From contig JAFCCL010000008.1 in the NCBI GenBank assembly GCA_017610205.1, positions 1-64,000 on the forward strand: a stretch of DNA of 64,000 bases. The letters run 5' to 3'. A program made the translations under genes and the position numbers. The notes beneath the pieces were generated by a model that saw only the letters and a program-made list of their open reading frames with translations, was not told the DNA's origin and made no database searches. How positions within the stretch are numbered: position 1 is the stretch's first letter; every line of letters starts with the position of its first letter. Source of the stretch: Candidatus Iainarchaeum sp. (lineage in GTDB: Archaea; Iainarchaeota; Iainarchaeia; Iainarchaeales; GCA-2688035). Shown here in pieces: positions 1 through 9,873 of the stretch.

Positions 1-60
1 ATGAGCCTCGAAAACGACTCACTAAGAACCCCTCTACAAGCCTTCATGGAGAAAGCTTAA
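1..60 (+). CDS. Probable 3' end of a gene running in from the left edge
   Basis: Open frame from base 1 to TAA at 58-60; no function recognisable. Confidence 0.3.
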   Translation: MSLENDSLRTPLQAFMEKA

Positions 61-165
61 AATGACAAAGGACAACCCAGATTATAGAGGGAACATTAAT
101 TCAGGACAACACAGTTATTTTTCCCCCCGAAACCCTTAAATAGAAGAAAAACGATTATTTGGGTA

Positions 166-495
166 ATGACAGAAGGAAAAAGAAGTGTTACTGAAATAAT
201 TGCCGAAATGAGGCAAGAACTAAGGGAAGACACAGGCGAAGACGCAGAACTTTTTGCACCATATATTTCAAAGCCAAAAGCAGCCAAACCAGCAAAAAAA
301 GCAAAGAAAAAGGCAACAAAAGCAAAAAAAAGCAAGGCAAAAATTGCAAAAGCAAGGAAAAAGACTGTTAAGAAAAAGGCAACAAAAACAAAAAAAAGCA
401 AGGCAAAAATTGCAAAAGCAAAAGCAAGGAAAAAGACTGTTAAGAAAAAGGCAACAAAAGCAAAAAAGAAAGCTGTTAAGAAAAAAAAGCCCTAG
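166..495 (+). CDS. Lys/Ala-rich histone H1/Hc2-like basic protein
   Basis: Repeated KKATKAKKSKAKIAKARKKTVKK units; TTAAATA box upstream. Confidence 0.7.
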   Translation: MTEGKRSVTEIIAEMRQELREDTGEDAELFAPYISKPKAAKPAKKAKKKATKAKKSKAKIAKARKKTVKKKATKTKKSKAKIAKAKARKKTVKKKATKAKKKAVKKKKP

Positions 496-809
496 TGCCT
501 TTTAACTGATTCAACTGTTTTCCTTTCAAGAACATTTAGGGCTTTTTGCAGCACTGGTACAAGAATCCAGCCAGAGCCAGATGCAACAGATGTCACACCA
601 GGAATACTTAGCTTTAAATGAACCGAATGCTTTGTTTTGGAACCCTCTGATTCATGCTGTTTAAAATGGGCATGCAAAAGCATTTCGTTGTTTGTGACCT
701 TTTGCAGCTTGTCAAATGAAAGAATTAACGCCGATTCCACCTTGCTTTTGTCAAAAGAATCAAGCTCTGGCAAATTACTTGCCTCGATTTTTCTACCCTC
801 AAAATCCAT
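492..809 (-). CDS. HPF/RaiA-like (ribosome hibernation fold) small protein
   Basis: 105 aa, beta-alpha-beta-beta-beta-alpha pattern ending KHSVHLKLS..ASGSGW..LQKALNVLERK; abuts tpiA stop. Confidence 0.55.
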   Translation of the reverse strand: MDFEGRKIEASNLPELDSFDKSKVESALILSFDKLQKVTNNEMLLHAHFKQHESEGSKTKHSVHLKLSIPGVTSVASGSGWILVPVLQKALNVLERKTVESVKRH

Positions 810-1492
810 TATTTGAATCCCTCCGCAAGTTCTTTTATTGCAGCAGCCTGATTGGATGCCCTGGTTATACCTGAAGCAACAAAGACTCCTTTGGTGCCAA
901 ACTCCAATGCCTTTTTAACATCAGAACCAGTCTTTATTCCAGCACCAGTAATAACCTCTATTTCCGGCATTATTTCCTTAACAGCCTTTACAGAATCTGT
1001 TATAAGCTCTGGGTTTGCAGTGCTTACACTTACGTTCCCGCCAATAAGCTCAGGCGGCTCTACAGCAATAAGGGCTGGCTTTTGGATAAAGGATGCAATT
1101 TGCTTTGCCCTTTCAATGTCTTCAGCACAAACCATTACAATCAAACCAAGTTCTTTTGCCCTTTCAATTGCCTTTTCAATGAAAGCGTTATCACGCTTGT
1201 TTTCAGCGTGGTTCAAAACAGTTCCAACAGCACCTGCTTCTTTTACAGCCTCTGGAAGAATGTGACCAGTGTTGCTTCCAAAAGAAACAGGATCTATGTG
1301 TTGTGCAAACACAGGCAATTTTACGGCTTTAGAAACAGCCAGTATATCAACAGCCTGAACAACAAGTGCAATCGAAGCATTTTCTTCAGCAGCTATTTTC
1401 TCAGCTGTTTTAGCCAAAACAACCGCGTTTTTTCCTGTTGATTCAGCATATGTTTTAAAATTTATAAACAAAACAGGCAAATCAAGATTCAT
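809..1492 (-). CDS. tpiA: Triosephosphate isomerase, archaeal short type
   Basis: INFKTY, NHAE, AVEPPELIG, GAGI, GVFVASG motifs; 227 aa. Confidence 0.97.
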   Translation of the reverse strand: MNLDLPVLFINFKTYAESTGKNAVVLAKTAEKIAAEENASIALVVQAVDILAVSKAVKLPVFAQHIDPVSFGSNTGHILPEAVKEAGAVGTVLNHAENKRDNAFIEKAIERAKELGLIVMVCAEDIERAKQIASFIQKPALIAVEPPELIGGNVSVSTANPELITDSVKAVKEIMPEIEVITGAGIKTGSDVKKALEFGTKGVFVASGITRASNQAAAIKELAEGFK

Positions 1493-1569
1493 TAAACATT
1501 ACCAAGAAAATAAAGATGAGGAGTTATTTAAACTTTTTCGCAGCAACATTATTAAATGGAGAGGGGATT

Positions 1570-3450
1570 ATGAGGAAGAATTATGGGAAAAAGACAACTA
1601 TTCTAAAAATAGTTGAAAGCAAAAAAGGCCTCGAAAAAAAAGGAGAAACACTTGTCAGAAAAGCCTACTTGCTCGCAGAAAAAGGAGTTAAAGGAAAGGG
1701 CGCTGAAGGAAAAAGACAGTTTGAGCACTCTGAAAGAGTTGCTGAAAAACTGTTCGAACTGGGTTTTGACAACACAACTGTTGCTTCAGGCCTTGTGTGC
1801 AATTTGTATTCAATAGCAGAACTTTCCAGTGAAGAGATTTTGAAGGCTCTTGGAAAAGAAGTTGAAGCAATTGCAATAGATTATGGAAAAATCAGACAGA
1901 TTGAGAAAAAAAACTTTGGAAAAACTGACAACAAAATTCTTTCAACAATTATTCTTTCAACTGCAAAAGACCTCAGGTCAATTTTCGTAAAGTTTGTAGC
2001 AAGGCTTGATGCCATGCAAAACAAAAAATATGGAAAAAAAGAACTTGAAGGAAAAGCCAACGGGACTCTTCATATTTATTCCCCAATATGCCAAAAAATT
2101 GGGCTTTATGAGTTGCAATCAATGCTTGAAGACAGCAGCCTGAAAATACTTGCACCAAAGGACTATGACAAAATTAGCTCGTTTTTGGGAAAAACAAGAG
2201 CTGAAAGAAATAAAGAAGTTGAACTGGCAATTGCAGAGTTTTTATCATACATTAGAGAAAAGCCAACTGTTTCAATAGAAGGCAGGGCAAAAAGCATTTA
2301 CTCAATATGCCGAAAAATGAAGGAGCAGGAAAAAACTTTTGAAAAAATATACGACCGCAGGGGAATCAGAATTATTTGTAATTGCGTAAGAGAATGCTAC
2401 GAACTTTTAGGAATAGTTCATTCGGAATACAAAACAATTCCAAACCAATTTACAGACTATATTGCAAACCCAAAAAAAAACAGGTACAGAAGCATTCACA
2501 CAGCAGTCGAATGGAATGGAGAGCCACTAGAGGTTCAAATAAGAACCTGGGAAATGCATTATGAATGTGAAACAGGCTTGGCTTCCCACTGGAATTATAA
2601 AAAATATGCAAAGGACAAATTTTTTGACAAAAGACTTAGTTTGATAAAACAACTTGTTGACTGGCATAGGACTGCAAGAACTGCCGGACACCTTACACAT
2701 AGCCTAAAAATGGGTTTTGGACAAAACAGAATTTTTGTATTTACACCAAAACACGAAGTTATTGTGTTACCTGAAGGGGCTTCGCCAATAGACTTTGCTT
2801 TTGCAATTCACTCAGACCTTGGAATAAAATGCGTTAGGGCAAAAGTTAATGGAAAAGTAGTACACTTGGCACACAAACTTGAAAACGGAGACATTGTTGA
2901 AATAACTACCGGAAAACGGTCAATGATTAAAAGACTCTGGCTTAGCATTGTAAAAACACACAAAGCACAGGCAGTGATAAGAAACAAACTTGGAATAAAG
3001 CCACGTAAAAAAAGGGTTATTGGAATTGGTAGCGAAAAGCTTACAAGCGATGCAAACACAAAGATTGCAAAATGCTGCAATCCTGTTCCTGGTGACGAAA
3101 TTATAGGGGTGAGAACAACGAAGAGAAAAATTTCAGTTCACAGAAAAGGATGCGGAAATGCTGCAAGAATAGCAAAAGAAAAAAGAATCAAAATAGGGTG
3201 GGGTCTTGCAAAAAAAGACTACATTGTTGAAATAAAAGTAAGAAGCAGAGACAGCCCTGGTACGCTTCCAACAATTCTTAAAATTCTTGAAAAAGGAAAT
3301 GTCACCATTGCTTCAACAGACGCAAAAGCAAGCAAGAATGATATCCTGCAGTGTAAATTCAGCATCAAAATAAAAAATATTGAACAGCTTAATAGTATAA
3401 TAAAAAAAATTGAAGACATTCCAACAGTGTTTGAAGTCGGACGTGAATAA
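1570..3450 (+). CDS. relA: Long RelA/SpoT homologue: degenerate HD, synthetase, TGS, Zn/CC, ACT
   Basis: GRAKSIYS, YIANPK..YRSIHT, EVQIRTWEMH..G.ASHWNYK, FTPK..GASPIDFAFAIHS, AKCCNPVPGD, C-terminal ACT; start set at ATG 1570 after GAGGGG. Confidence 0.93.
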   Translation: MRKNYGKKTTILKIVESKKGLEKKGETLVRKAYLLAEKGVKGKGAEGKRQFEHSERVAEKLFELGFDNTTVASGLVCNLYSIAELSSEEILKALGKEVEAIAIDYGKIRQIEKKNFGKTDNKILSTIILSTAKDLRSIFVKFVARLDAMQNKKYGKKELEGKANGTLHIYSPICQKIGLYELQSMLEDSSLKILAPKDYDKISSFLGKTRAERNKEVELAIAEFLSYIREKPTVSIEGRAKSIYSICRKMKEQEKTFEKIYDRRGIRIICNCVRECYELLGIVHSEYKTIPNQFTDYIANPKKNRYRSIHTAVEWNGEPLEVQIRTWEMHYECETGLASHWNYKKYAKDKFFDKRLSLIKQLVDWHRTARTAGHLTHSLKMGFGQNRIFVFTPKHEVIVLPEGASPIDFAFAIHSDLGIKCVRAKVNGKVVHLAHKLENGDIVEITTGKRSMIKRLWLSIVKTHKAQAVIRNKLGIKPRKKRVIGIGSEKLTSDANTKIAKCCNPVPGDEIIGVRTTKRKISVHRKGCGNAARIAKEKRIKIGWGLAKKDYIVEIKVRSRDSPGTLPTILKILEKGNVTIASTDAKASKNDILQCKFSIKIKNIEQLNSIIKKIEDIPTVFEVGRE

Positions 3451-3553
3451 AACAAACACCTCAAATTTAGAACAAGTGAACTGAAAAAGCAAAAAGTATA
3501 TTAAGCTCTGAGTCATTTATAATTTAGCTGAATTGATAAGGAGTGAATTTAAA

Positions 3554-4294
3554 ATGGAAAGAATAAAAACAGGAATAACAGGACTTGACAAACTTATTGA
3601 AGGCGGTTTTCCTGCTGGAAGAAGCATTCTAATAAGCGGAGCATGCGGAACAGGAAAAACTATTATGTGCATGCAGTATATTTACAAAGGAGCACTTGAA
3701 TTCAACGAACCAGGAGTTTATGTTACACTTGATGAAAGGCCAAATCTTATAAGAGAAGATGTACTGCGTTTTGGCTGGGACCTTAAGCCACTTGAAGAAA
3801 AAAACATGCTTAACATTGTTGACGGAAGTATTGCAAAATTGGGCATGCCATCAGAAGAAGAATACAGCCTGCCAGTAACAGGATATGATGTTGACAAACT
3901 GTTGCTTGAAATAATGCGTGTGATTAAAAGAATTGAAGCAAAACGGGTTGTAATTGACAGCATTCCAGCACTTGGATTCAATTTTGAAAACCCAACAGAG
4001 GTAAGAAAAGCAATTCTAAAACTTAGTTACATGCTTATGAGAAGCGGAGTAACATCCATACTTGTTTCAGAAATGCAGGAAGGAATGAACAAATTCGGCA
4101 AATATGGAGTTGAAGAATATGTTGTTGATGGAGTAATAGTATTGCACTACATGGGAATCGGAACACAAAGCAACAGAACAATGCACATTAGAAAAATGAG
4201 AGCAACAAAACATTCAGAAGACCTGCACCCGCTTGAAATATCAGAAAAAGGCATTTCAGTTCACAAAATAGAAGAAGAATACGGCGAAGTTTAA
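3554..4294 (+). CDS. KaiC-like / RAD55-family RecA-fold ATPase
   Basis: TGITGLDKLIEGG, GACGTGKT, VVIDS, EEYVVDGVI, RKMRATKH. Confidence 0.92.
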   Translation: MERIKTGITGLDKLIEGGFPAGRSILISGACGTGKTIMCMQYIYKGALEFNEPGVYVTLDERPNLIREDVLRFGWDLKPLEEKNMLNIVDGSIAKLGMPSEEEYSLPVTGYDVDKLLLEIMRVIKRIEAKRVVIDSIPALGFNFENPTEVRKAILKLSYMLMRSGVTSILVSEMQEGMNKFGKYGVEEYVVDGVIVLHYMGIGTQSNRTMHIRKMRATKHSEDLHPLEISEKGISVHKIEEEYGEV

Positions 4295-5889
4295 TTGGCT
4301 GCGTCTTTAAGGCGCTTTAAGCAACGTTCTTTTCCCAAAGCAAGAATTAACAAACCCGCCCTTGGTCCTGATTCTTTTCCAGTTAAGGAAAGATAGATTG
4401 TCTTAAATAACTGCTTTGGTTTTACATCGTTTGCCTTTGCTTCCTCAAAAATTGCCTGCTGCATTTTATCAGCGGAATCAATTCCTGAAAGCTTTTTTGC
4501 AACAGCTGGCAAAAGCTTTCTTGCAGAGGAATCCATTGCACTTGTTTCCTTTTCAGAAAGTATTTCAAGAAAAGAAAGCTTGAACTCTGGCGGAGCGTAT
4601 TTTTCAAGCCAAACACGCGCTCTTTCAAGCTGTTTAAGTAATAGTTTTTTTTCTTCTCTTGAAAGATTTTCCGAAGCAATATGCCTTGTTTGTTTAAGTA
4701 ATTTAACAGTTTCCGCAAACTGTTTTTTGGGATTCAAAAATTGGACAATTTGTACTGCAAAAGAGTAAGGAATGTGTACAGGTTTGGTTTTGGAAGGTTT
4801 TGCGATAACTGACAGGGCGTATGCTTCTTTTAGTTTTTTTTCAACCCGTTCATTTTCTGCTTTTTCTTCACCGTAATAAATTCTTTCTGCTCGTTCAAAG
4901 CGATCATTGAGAAGAATAAAACTGTTGTCAGCTAAACTAAAGTCAATTGCGCTGTTTGGTTTGTAGGAAAAAAATAAAAATCTGAAAAGTTCGGGTGAAG
5001 CTACTTCAAGCCATTCTTTTAAGCCAAAAACATTTCCGACAGAACCTGACATTTTTGCTCCCTTTAATTGAACAAACTCTGTGGGCACTTGATAAGGAGC
5101 CTCTTTTTTGAAAACCTCCGCCATTAAAGCTCCGCCTACATCAACGCTGCCGCCCTTGCTAAAGTGATCTTTTCCACCAGATTCAAAGGCAACATTATTT
5201 ACAATCCAATTTGCAGCCCAGTGAACACGCCAATGCAATTTTGCGTTTCCGTTTAAAGGAGAAATTTCCCCATTGAATCCACATTTGCATTTGTACTTTA
5301 CTTTTTTTCTATCCCATGCAATAGCAGTTGTAAAAAGACTTTTTCCGCATTGTTCACAGGTAACAACAATTGGCAAAAAACTTTCTGGTTTGTCCGCGCC
5401 TGCGACCTTGTTCCAAACAATAGTAATTTCTTTGCTGTGATTTAAAGAAAATTCAATCAAGTCGTTGAATTTTCCTTTTTTGTATAAATCATAAGAAGAG
5501 ATAATATTCAGTTCTAAACCAAATTGGTCAATAACACCAGATACTTGGGAGAGAAAATAATCCGCCCAGTTTTTAAAGCCCTTAAAAGGCGGGGGGGCAA
5601 ACTTGCAGGGAAAACCAATAAATTTGTCTTCGTCATCTTTTTTTATAGGAATTCCTGCAGGAATTTTGTCAATTGGGTCAAAGTCATCAATAATCAGATT
5701 TTGTTTTGCTTTAACTCCTTTTTCTTTCAAAATTCTGAAAACAGAGTAGGGAGTAAAAATTTCTGGCCTTGCATTGCCTATGTGAAAATAACCGCTTGGA
5801 GTCCACATTCCCTCACAAACATACTCTTTTCTTTTTTGCTTTAAGATCTTGTCAGCAATTCTTTCAGCCCAGAAAACATGTTCGTCCAT
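4291..5889 (-). CDS. lysS: Class I lysyl-tRNA synthetase
   Basis: TPSGYFHIGN, KLHWRVHW, GGKDH, KMSGS, GPRAG motifs. Confidence 0.96.
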   Translation of the reverse strand: MDEHVFWAERIADKILKQKRKEYVCEGMWTPSGYFHIGNARPEIFTPYSVFRILKEKGVKAKQNLIIDDFDPIDKIPAGIPIKKDDEDKFIGFPCKFAPPPFKGFKNWADYFLSQVSGVIDQFGLELNIISSYDLYKKGKFNDLIEFSLNHSKEITIVWNKVAGADKPESFLPIVVTCEQCGKSLFTTAIAWDRKKVKYKCKCGFNGEISPLNGNAKLHWRVHWAANWIVNNVAFESGGKDHFSKGGSVDVGGALMAEVFKKEAPYQVPTEFVQLKGAKMSGSVGNVFGLKEWLEVASPELFRFLFFSYKPNSAIDFSLADNSFILLNDRFERAERIYYGEEKAENERVEKKLKEAYALSVIAKPSKTKPVHIPYSFAVQIVQFLNPKKQFAETVKLLKQTRHIASENLSREEKKLLLKQLERARVWLEKYAPPEFKLSFLEILSEKETSAMDSSARKLLPAVAKKLSGIDSADKMQQAIFEEAKANDVKPKQLFKTIYLSLTGKESGPRAGLLILALGKERCLKRLKDAAN

Positions 5890-5925
5890 AAGAAGACTTT
5901 TCCAAAAAAGGTTTTAAAAAAGGGA

Positions 5926-8223
5926 TTATTTCTTGCCAAAGACACTTAAAGGAGATTCCTCTTTTTTGCGAAGGGACGGAAAGTTTATTTTTGACTTGCT
6001 TTTTTTCTTTGACTTGAATTCAGGCTTTTCATTTTTTTGGTTTTTCCTACCTAGTCCTGAATCTGGCTTTTCACGTCCTTGCTTTGTTTTTCCTCCAAAT
6101 CCGGATTCTTTTCGCTTTGACTTTCTTTTTTTCAGTAATACAAGAACTACAAGGACAACAATGATGACGCCTATTGCAATTCCTGAAAAAAGAAGCACGT
6201 CTGAAGAAACAGGAAATCCTAATGACACAACCGTTCCAACAGGCAAAAAAACAGGTGGCGCAACAAACTTGTTTATTACGTTTTCTTCAATCAAGGCATC
6301 AGCCTGAGATTGTGAAAGATTGTCTTTCAGGGCATAGGAAAACTGCTTTTTTCTATACTCTTCCTTTGTAAGCTCAAAAGAAAGTTTTGGGTCATCATAC
6401 AAAACCTCGAAAGAAATATTTGAATCAAGCTCTGCTGCATATTCGGCAAATTCTTTTGGAACAACTTCCACAACCTGCATTACTATATCTTCCGAATTAT
6501 TATCAGACAAAATGTTGATGTCAAGAGAATACGAAATTGTGATTAATGCCCGAAAGTATTCAGTGTTGTCATCAATAACTCTTAAAATTTGCAGCTGCCT
6601 TTTTGGATCTGTTTTTTCAATAAACTGCAGCGCCTGTTGTTCAATGGCACCAGAAATGCCGGCTGCGTTCAAAAGGATTCCAGCCTGTTCTTTGTTGAAA
6701 ATAAAATCAGCAGTATTGTAAACAGAAGTAGTAACTGTTCTCTGTGAATCCTTAAGCAAAAGAATTGCTTCTGAAAGAAGAACTTTGGCGTTTGTTTGGC
6801 TTTCAAGGCCAGGTAATTCAGAAAGAAGAATGGCTTCGTCGAATTTTGCATTTGCCTCTTCAATAAGACTGTTTGCCGTTTCTGAAAAAATTGCTTTTGC
6901 TTCAAGGCCTGCTTTTGTTTCAAACGCGGCGTTCATTGCAATTATTGCCTGTTCAATTGCAGCATTTGTATCAACCACACTTTCAAATGCATTAAGAACG
7001 GTGATTGACTGTGTTGCCTCAACCTGATTTCCTGCAAGGTCTATTGCAACTGCTTTGATTTTGTTAGACCCATTTTCGGCAGAAAAAGAATCCCAATTAA
7101 AGGCATAAATATTATTTTCACCAGAATCAACTGTTCCAAGTTCAGTCCAGGAACTTCCTTCCTGAATAAAAAAAGTAACTGGCTCAAGCCCGCTTTTGAA
7201 ACTGCCTTGGTCTTCAGCCTCAACCTGGAAAGGCACTGTTTCACTTACCCTGTCATTATATTTTGGGAAAACGAAATGAATTGACGGGTTGGTTATGTCA
7301 TAAATAAATCTCTTTTCAAATCCGCAGTTGTCTCCAAAAAACTCTTCAGCTGCAAGGGTAAAGTCAATGTAGCCTTCTTCAATGCTTGAAAGGTCAATTG
7401 AATCGTTCCACTCTGTAAAAGCAGATGCACTTTCAAAAAATGTTTTTGTTGAACCGTCCGGCAAAATTGCTTTAAGACCACCGCGATAGATTGAATCAGA
7501 ACTTGTTATGCTTAACGCAAGGCTGTTGCCTGCATCTGACAATTCTGTTGAAAAAGAAATATCCAAATCACATTTTGCCGCTGTTTGAGCAAAGGCTTCA
7601 TTGCTGACAATCCCTGAGTTGCCAGCATTGTCAATTGCCCTTATCTTATAATGATATGTTGTACTTTGATCCATTTCATTAAAATCATTTATTGAAGTGG
7701 TGCCTAAAGGAAGGATAAGGTAAATAGGCGTTGTTCTAATGTCAAAACCACCCATAAGTTTTCTGTAAAGTTCATACTCTTTTACACCACTGGAATCGTC
7801 TTCCGCAGGCTCCCAACTTAAATCAATACTGCCATCAGAAACTGATTCGGCAGAAAGAATTGGTTTTGAGGGATTGTCAACATCAAGTTTTATAGGATAG
7901 GATGTTGAATCACTTTCTTCTGCAGGATTAACTGATTTTATGACAAAATAATATTCTCCGCTGTTCATTTTTCGTGGAGGATAGACACTTGTGCTGCTGG
8001 TGCAATAGTTGTCTTCTACAGGAATCTCTTTGTCAGGAACAGAGACCAGAATCCAACAGTATTTATTGGCACCATTGATAGCACTCCATCTGAATTCCAT
8101 TGGCATTGCCGCCCACACACCCTCAGAATGAGTAACGCTTGTAACAACAGGAGCATCCAATGCAACAGTTACAGGAATTAAAAGAAGAAATGCAAGAAAA
8201 ATTGGTAAAAAAATCTTTGGCAT
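5926..8223 (-). CDS. Surface protein with FN3/Ig-like domains, C-terminal TM anchor and basic tail
   Basis: Signal peptide; LSWEPAED..YHYKIRAIDNAGN; A.DLAGN repeat; TM near C-terminus. Confidence 0.8.
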   Translation of the reverse strand: MPKIFLPIFLAFLLLIPVTVALDAPVVTSVTHSEGVWAAMPMEFRWSAINGANKYCWILVSVPDKEIPVEDNYCTSSTSVYPPRKMNSGEYYFVIKSVNPAEESDSTSYPIKLDVDNPSKPILSAESVSDGSIDLSWEPAEDDSSGVKEYELYRKLMGGFDIRTTPIYLILPLGTTSINDFNEMDQSTTYHYKIRAIDNAGNSGIVSNEAFAQTAAKCDLDISFSTELSDAGNSLALSITSSDSIYRGGLKAILPDGSTKTFFESASAFTEWNDSIDLSSIEEGYIDFTLAAEEFFGDNCGFEKRFIYDITNPSIHFVFPKYNDRVSETVPFQVEAEDQGSFKSGLEPVTFFIQEGSSWTELGTVDSGENNIYAFNWDSFSAENGSNKIKAVAIDLAGNQVEATQSITVLNAFESVVDTNAAIEQAIIAMNAAFETKAGLEAKAIFSETANSLIEEANAKFDEAILLSELPGLESQTNAKVLLSEAILLLKDSQRTVTTSVYNTADFIFNKEQAGILLNAAGISGAIEQQALQFIEKTDPKRQLQILRVIDDNTEYFRALITISYSLDINILSDNNSEDIVMQVVEVVPKEFAEYAAELDSNISFEVLYDDPKLSFELTKEEYRKKQFSYALKDNLSQSQADALIEENVINKFVAPPVFLPVGTVVSLGFPVSSDVLLFSGIAIGVIIVVLVVLVLLKKRKSKRKESGFGGKTKQGREKPDSGLGRKNQKNEKPEFKSKKKSKSKINFPSLRKKEESPLSVFGKK

Positions 8224-8313
8224 GAATAAAAATTAGCTTGGAAAATAATTTAAATGAATGGATATGAAAAACGGATAAAAGGATATGAAAAAAGAAGGAA
8301 ATGAAAAAAGAAT

Positions 8314-8754
8314 TCAAATCTTTAATTTGGTGTCTTTTATTTCCTGAAAAAGAACCGTCATGTTTATTGTAAGGTTTTCAGGCAGATTTTCCAAAGAAAA
8401 CCATTGCCATTGAGCCATTTTGTCTGGCTCTGTTACAATTGGCTTCCCGCCGAGAAGTTTTGCTTCAACTATGGGATTGAACCAGTGTTGTTTTTCGTTT
8501 GGAATAATGTGGTCAATTACCTTCACAACCCTCAGGGGTTTAACATCAATTCCTGCTTCCTCTTTTGCTTCCCTTTTTGCACAGTCAAACAACTTTTCTC
8601 CAAATTCAAGGGTTCCTCCAGGAAAACACCATTTGCCTGGCTCATTATTTGAATGTTTTTGACGCTGGCCCAGCAAGAATTCGCCTTTTTCATTTCGGAC
8701 CATTACACCTACGCCAACTCCGACAAAGTCCTTACCGGGTTTCAGTTCTGTCAA
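8314..8754 (-). CDS. Nudix hydrolase (NUDT15/MutT-like)
   Basis: Nudix box GGTLEFGE....CAKREAKEEAG; EPDK..W.WF. Confidence 0.92.
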   Translation of the reverse strand: MTELKPGKDFVGVGVGVMVRNEKGEFLLGQRQKHSNNEPGKWCFPGGTLEFGEKLFDCAKREAKEEAGIDVKPLRVVKVIDHIIPNEKQHWFNPIVEAKLLGGKPIVTEPDKMAQWQWFSLENLPENLTINMTVLFQEIKDTKLKI

Positions 8755-8776
8755 TCAAACCACCAAAAGAAAAAAA

Positions 8777-8884
8777 TGAGGCCGGCGGGATTTGAACCCG
8801 CGACACTTCGGTCTTCAGCCGAATGCTCTCCTAAGCCACGCACGTAGTTTAATCCACAATGCGTTCAGACTGAGCTACGGCCTC
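8777..8884 (-). tRNA. tRNA-Phe(GAA) with 34-nt D-loop intron (8832-8865)
   Basis: Cloverleaf GAGGCCG/CGGCCTC, anticodon arm TTCGG-CTGAAGA-CCGAA, T-loop TTCAAAT; intron forms bulge-helix-loop AGTC/GGCT plus ACGCA/TGCGT. Confidence 0.93.
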
Positions 8885-8912
8885 ATATATTAGAAATAGC
8901 TTTGAGAATGTT

Positions 8913-9779
8913 TTAAAAACTTGTCATTTTATGTAAACGGTCTAGAAGAACTTCTTGTTTATACCTTCCAAGATTGTAACCTGTTTTTACGATTGCTTTT
9001 CCAAAGCCAACCTTTTGAAAAAATCTGGAATAATTATCTAAGGTTCGCTTTATTGATAAGGAATGTGCTTTGCCAGTTTTATTTAAATACCTTTTACAGT
9101 CTATACCAAGGCTTTTGTGTAGTATAACCAAGTCACCAAGCATTTTTTTACTCTTGGAACTGCCAGTAAGATACCCTCTAGCACTAATGCGCCCTTCATC
9201 CGCCCAAAAAGCCAACAAAAAAGATTCTTTTATTGAATCTTCTGCTGCCATTATCTCAACAGGAACGCCAATGTTCTTACTAGTACTAAAACAACCAGAA
9301 AATTTTTTAACAAAATAAAAAGCTTTTTTAGAATAAAAGGTTGATTGATACCAATCAAGATTAACACCTTTAAACTTTGATATTTTAACAGGTTTTAAAG
9401 AAAACAGGATATGCACTTTTGAAACAAACTCCTTAATTAGTTCAATTGAAGAATTGCAATAAGATAACATATATTTGCCATTTGAATAAGAAACGCAACC
9501 GTCAAAAAACAAGTGGCCTAAAATAAGTGCTAAATTCTTGTCCAATTTAGGAGGAGTTATTTGCTTTTCTTTTGCATACTCGCGTGCAAACTTACGCCTG
9601 TTTTTGTTTTCACAGAAAAGAAGCCGATTTTTAGCTTCAGGCAATAAACTCAATTTTTTGGTATAGTTGTAAGCAGAGCCTGTTGAAATAGATAATTTTT
9701 TGGGAATTTTCTTATAGGAACATCCTTTACTTCTTAACTTAATTGCTTGCGCAACTGAGGAATCACTTAACTTTTGCAT
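8913..9779 (-). CDS. Free-standing double-motif LAGLIDADG homing endonuclease with N-terminal HTH
   Basis: LALILGHLFFDGCV and FLLAFWADEGRI motifs; AIKLRSKGCSYKKI..LSISTGS HTH; start 9779 or 9821. Confidence 0.85.
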   Translation of the reverse strand: MQKLSDSSVAQAIKLRSKGCSYKKIPKKLSISTGSAYNYTKKLSLLPEAKNRLLFCENKNRRKFAREYAKEKQITPPKLDKNLALILGHLFFDGCVSYSNGKYMLSYCNSSIELIKEFVSKVHILFSLKPVKISKFKGVNLDWYQSTFYSKKAFYFVKKFSGCFSTSKNIGVPVEIMAAEDSIKESFLLAFWADEGRISARGYLTGSSKSKKMLGDLVILHKSLGIDCKRYLNKTGKAHSLSIKRTLDNYSRFFQKVGFGKAIVKTGYNLGRYKQEVLLDRLHKMTSF

Positions 9780-9873
9780 ATAAATTAATTTAATTTTATT
9801 AATATAGTCATTTCGAAACACGCCAGATTTCCGGTGAACTTTCTTAGTGGGTTGTTTCCGTTAAAAAAATGGT

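Noticed and set aside
8314-8754. Nudix as the missing ppGpp hydrolase
   Set aside because: Looks NUDT15-like, lies 5 kb from the RSH and nothing supports a link
9815-9862. Structured RNA upstream of the HEG
   Set aside because: Only short stems (GAAACA/TGTTTC, CCGGA/TCTGG); no recognisable family
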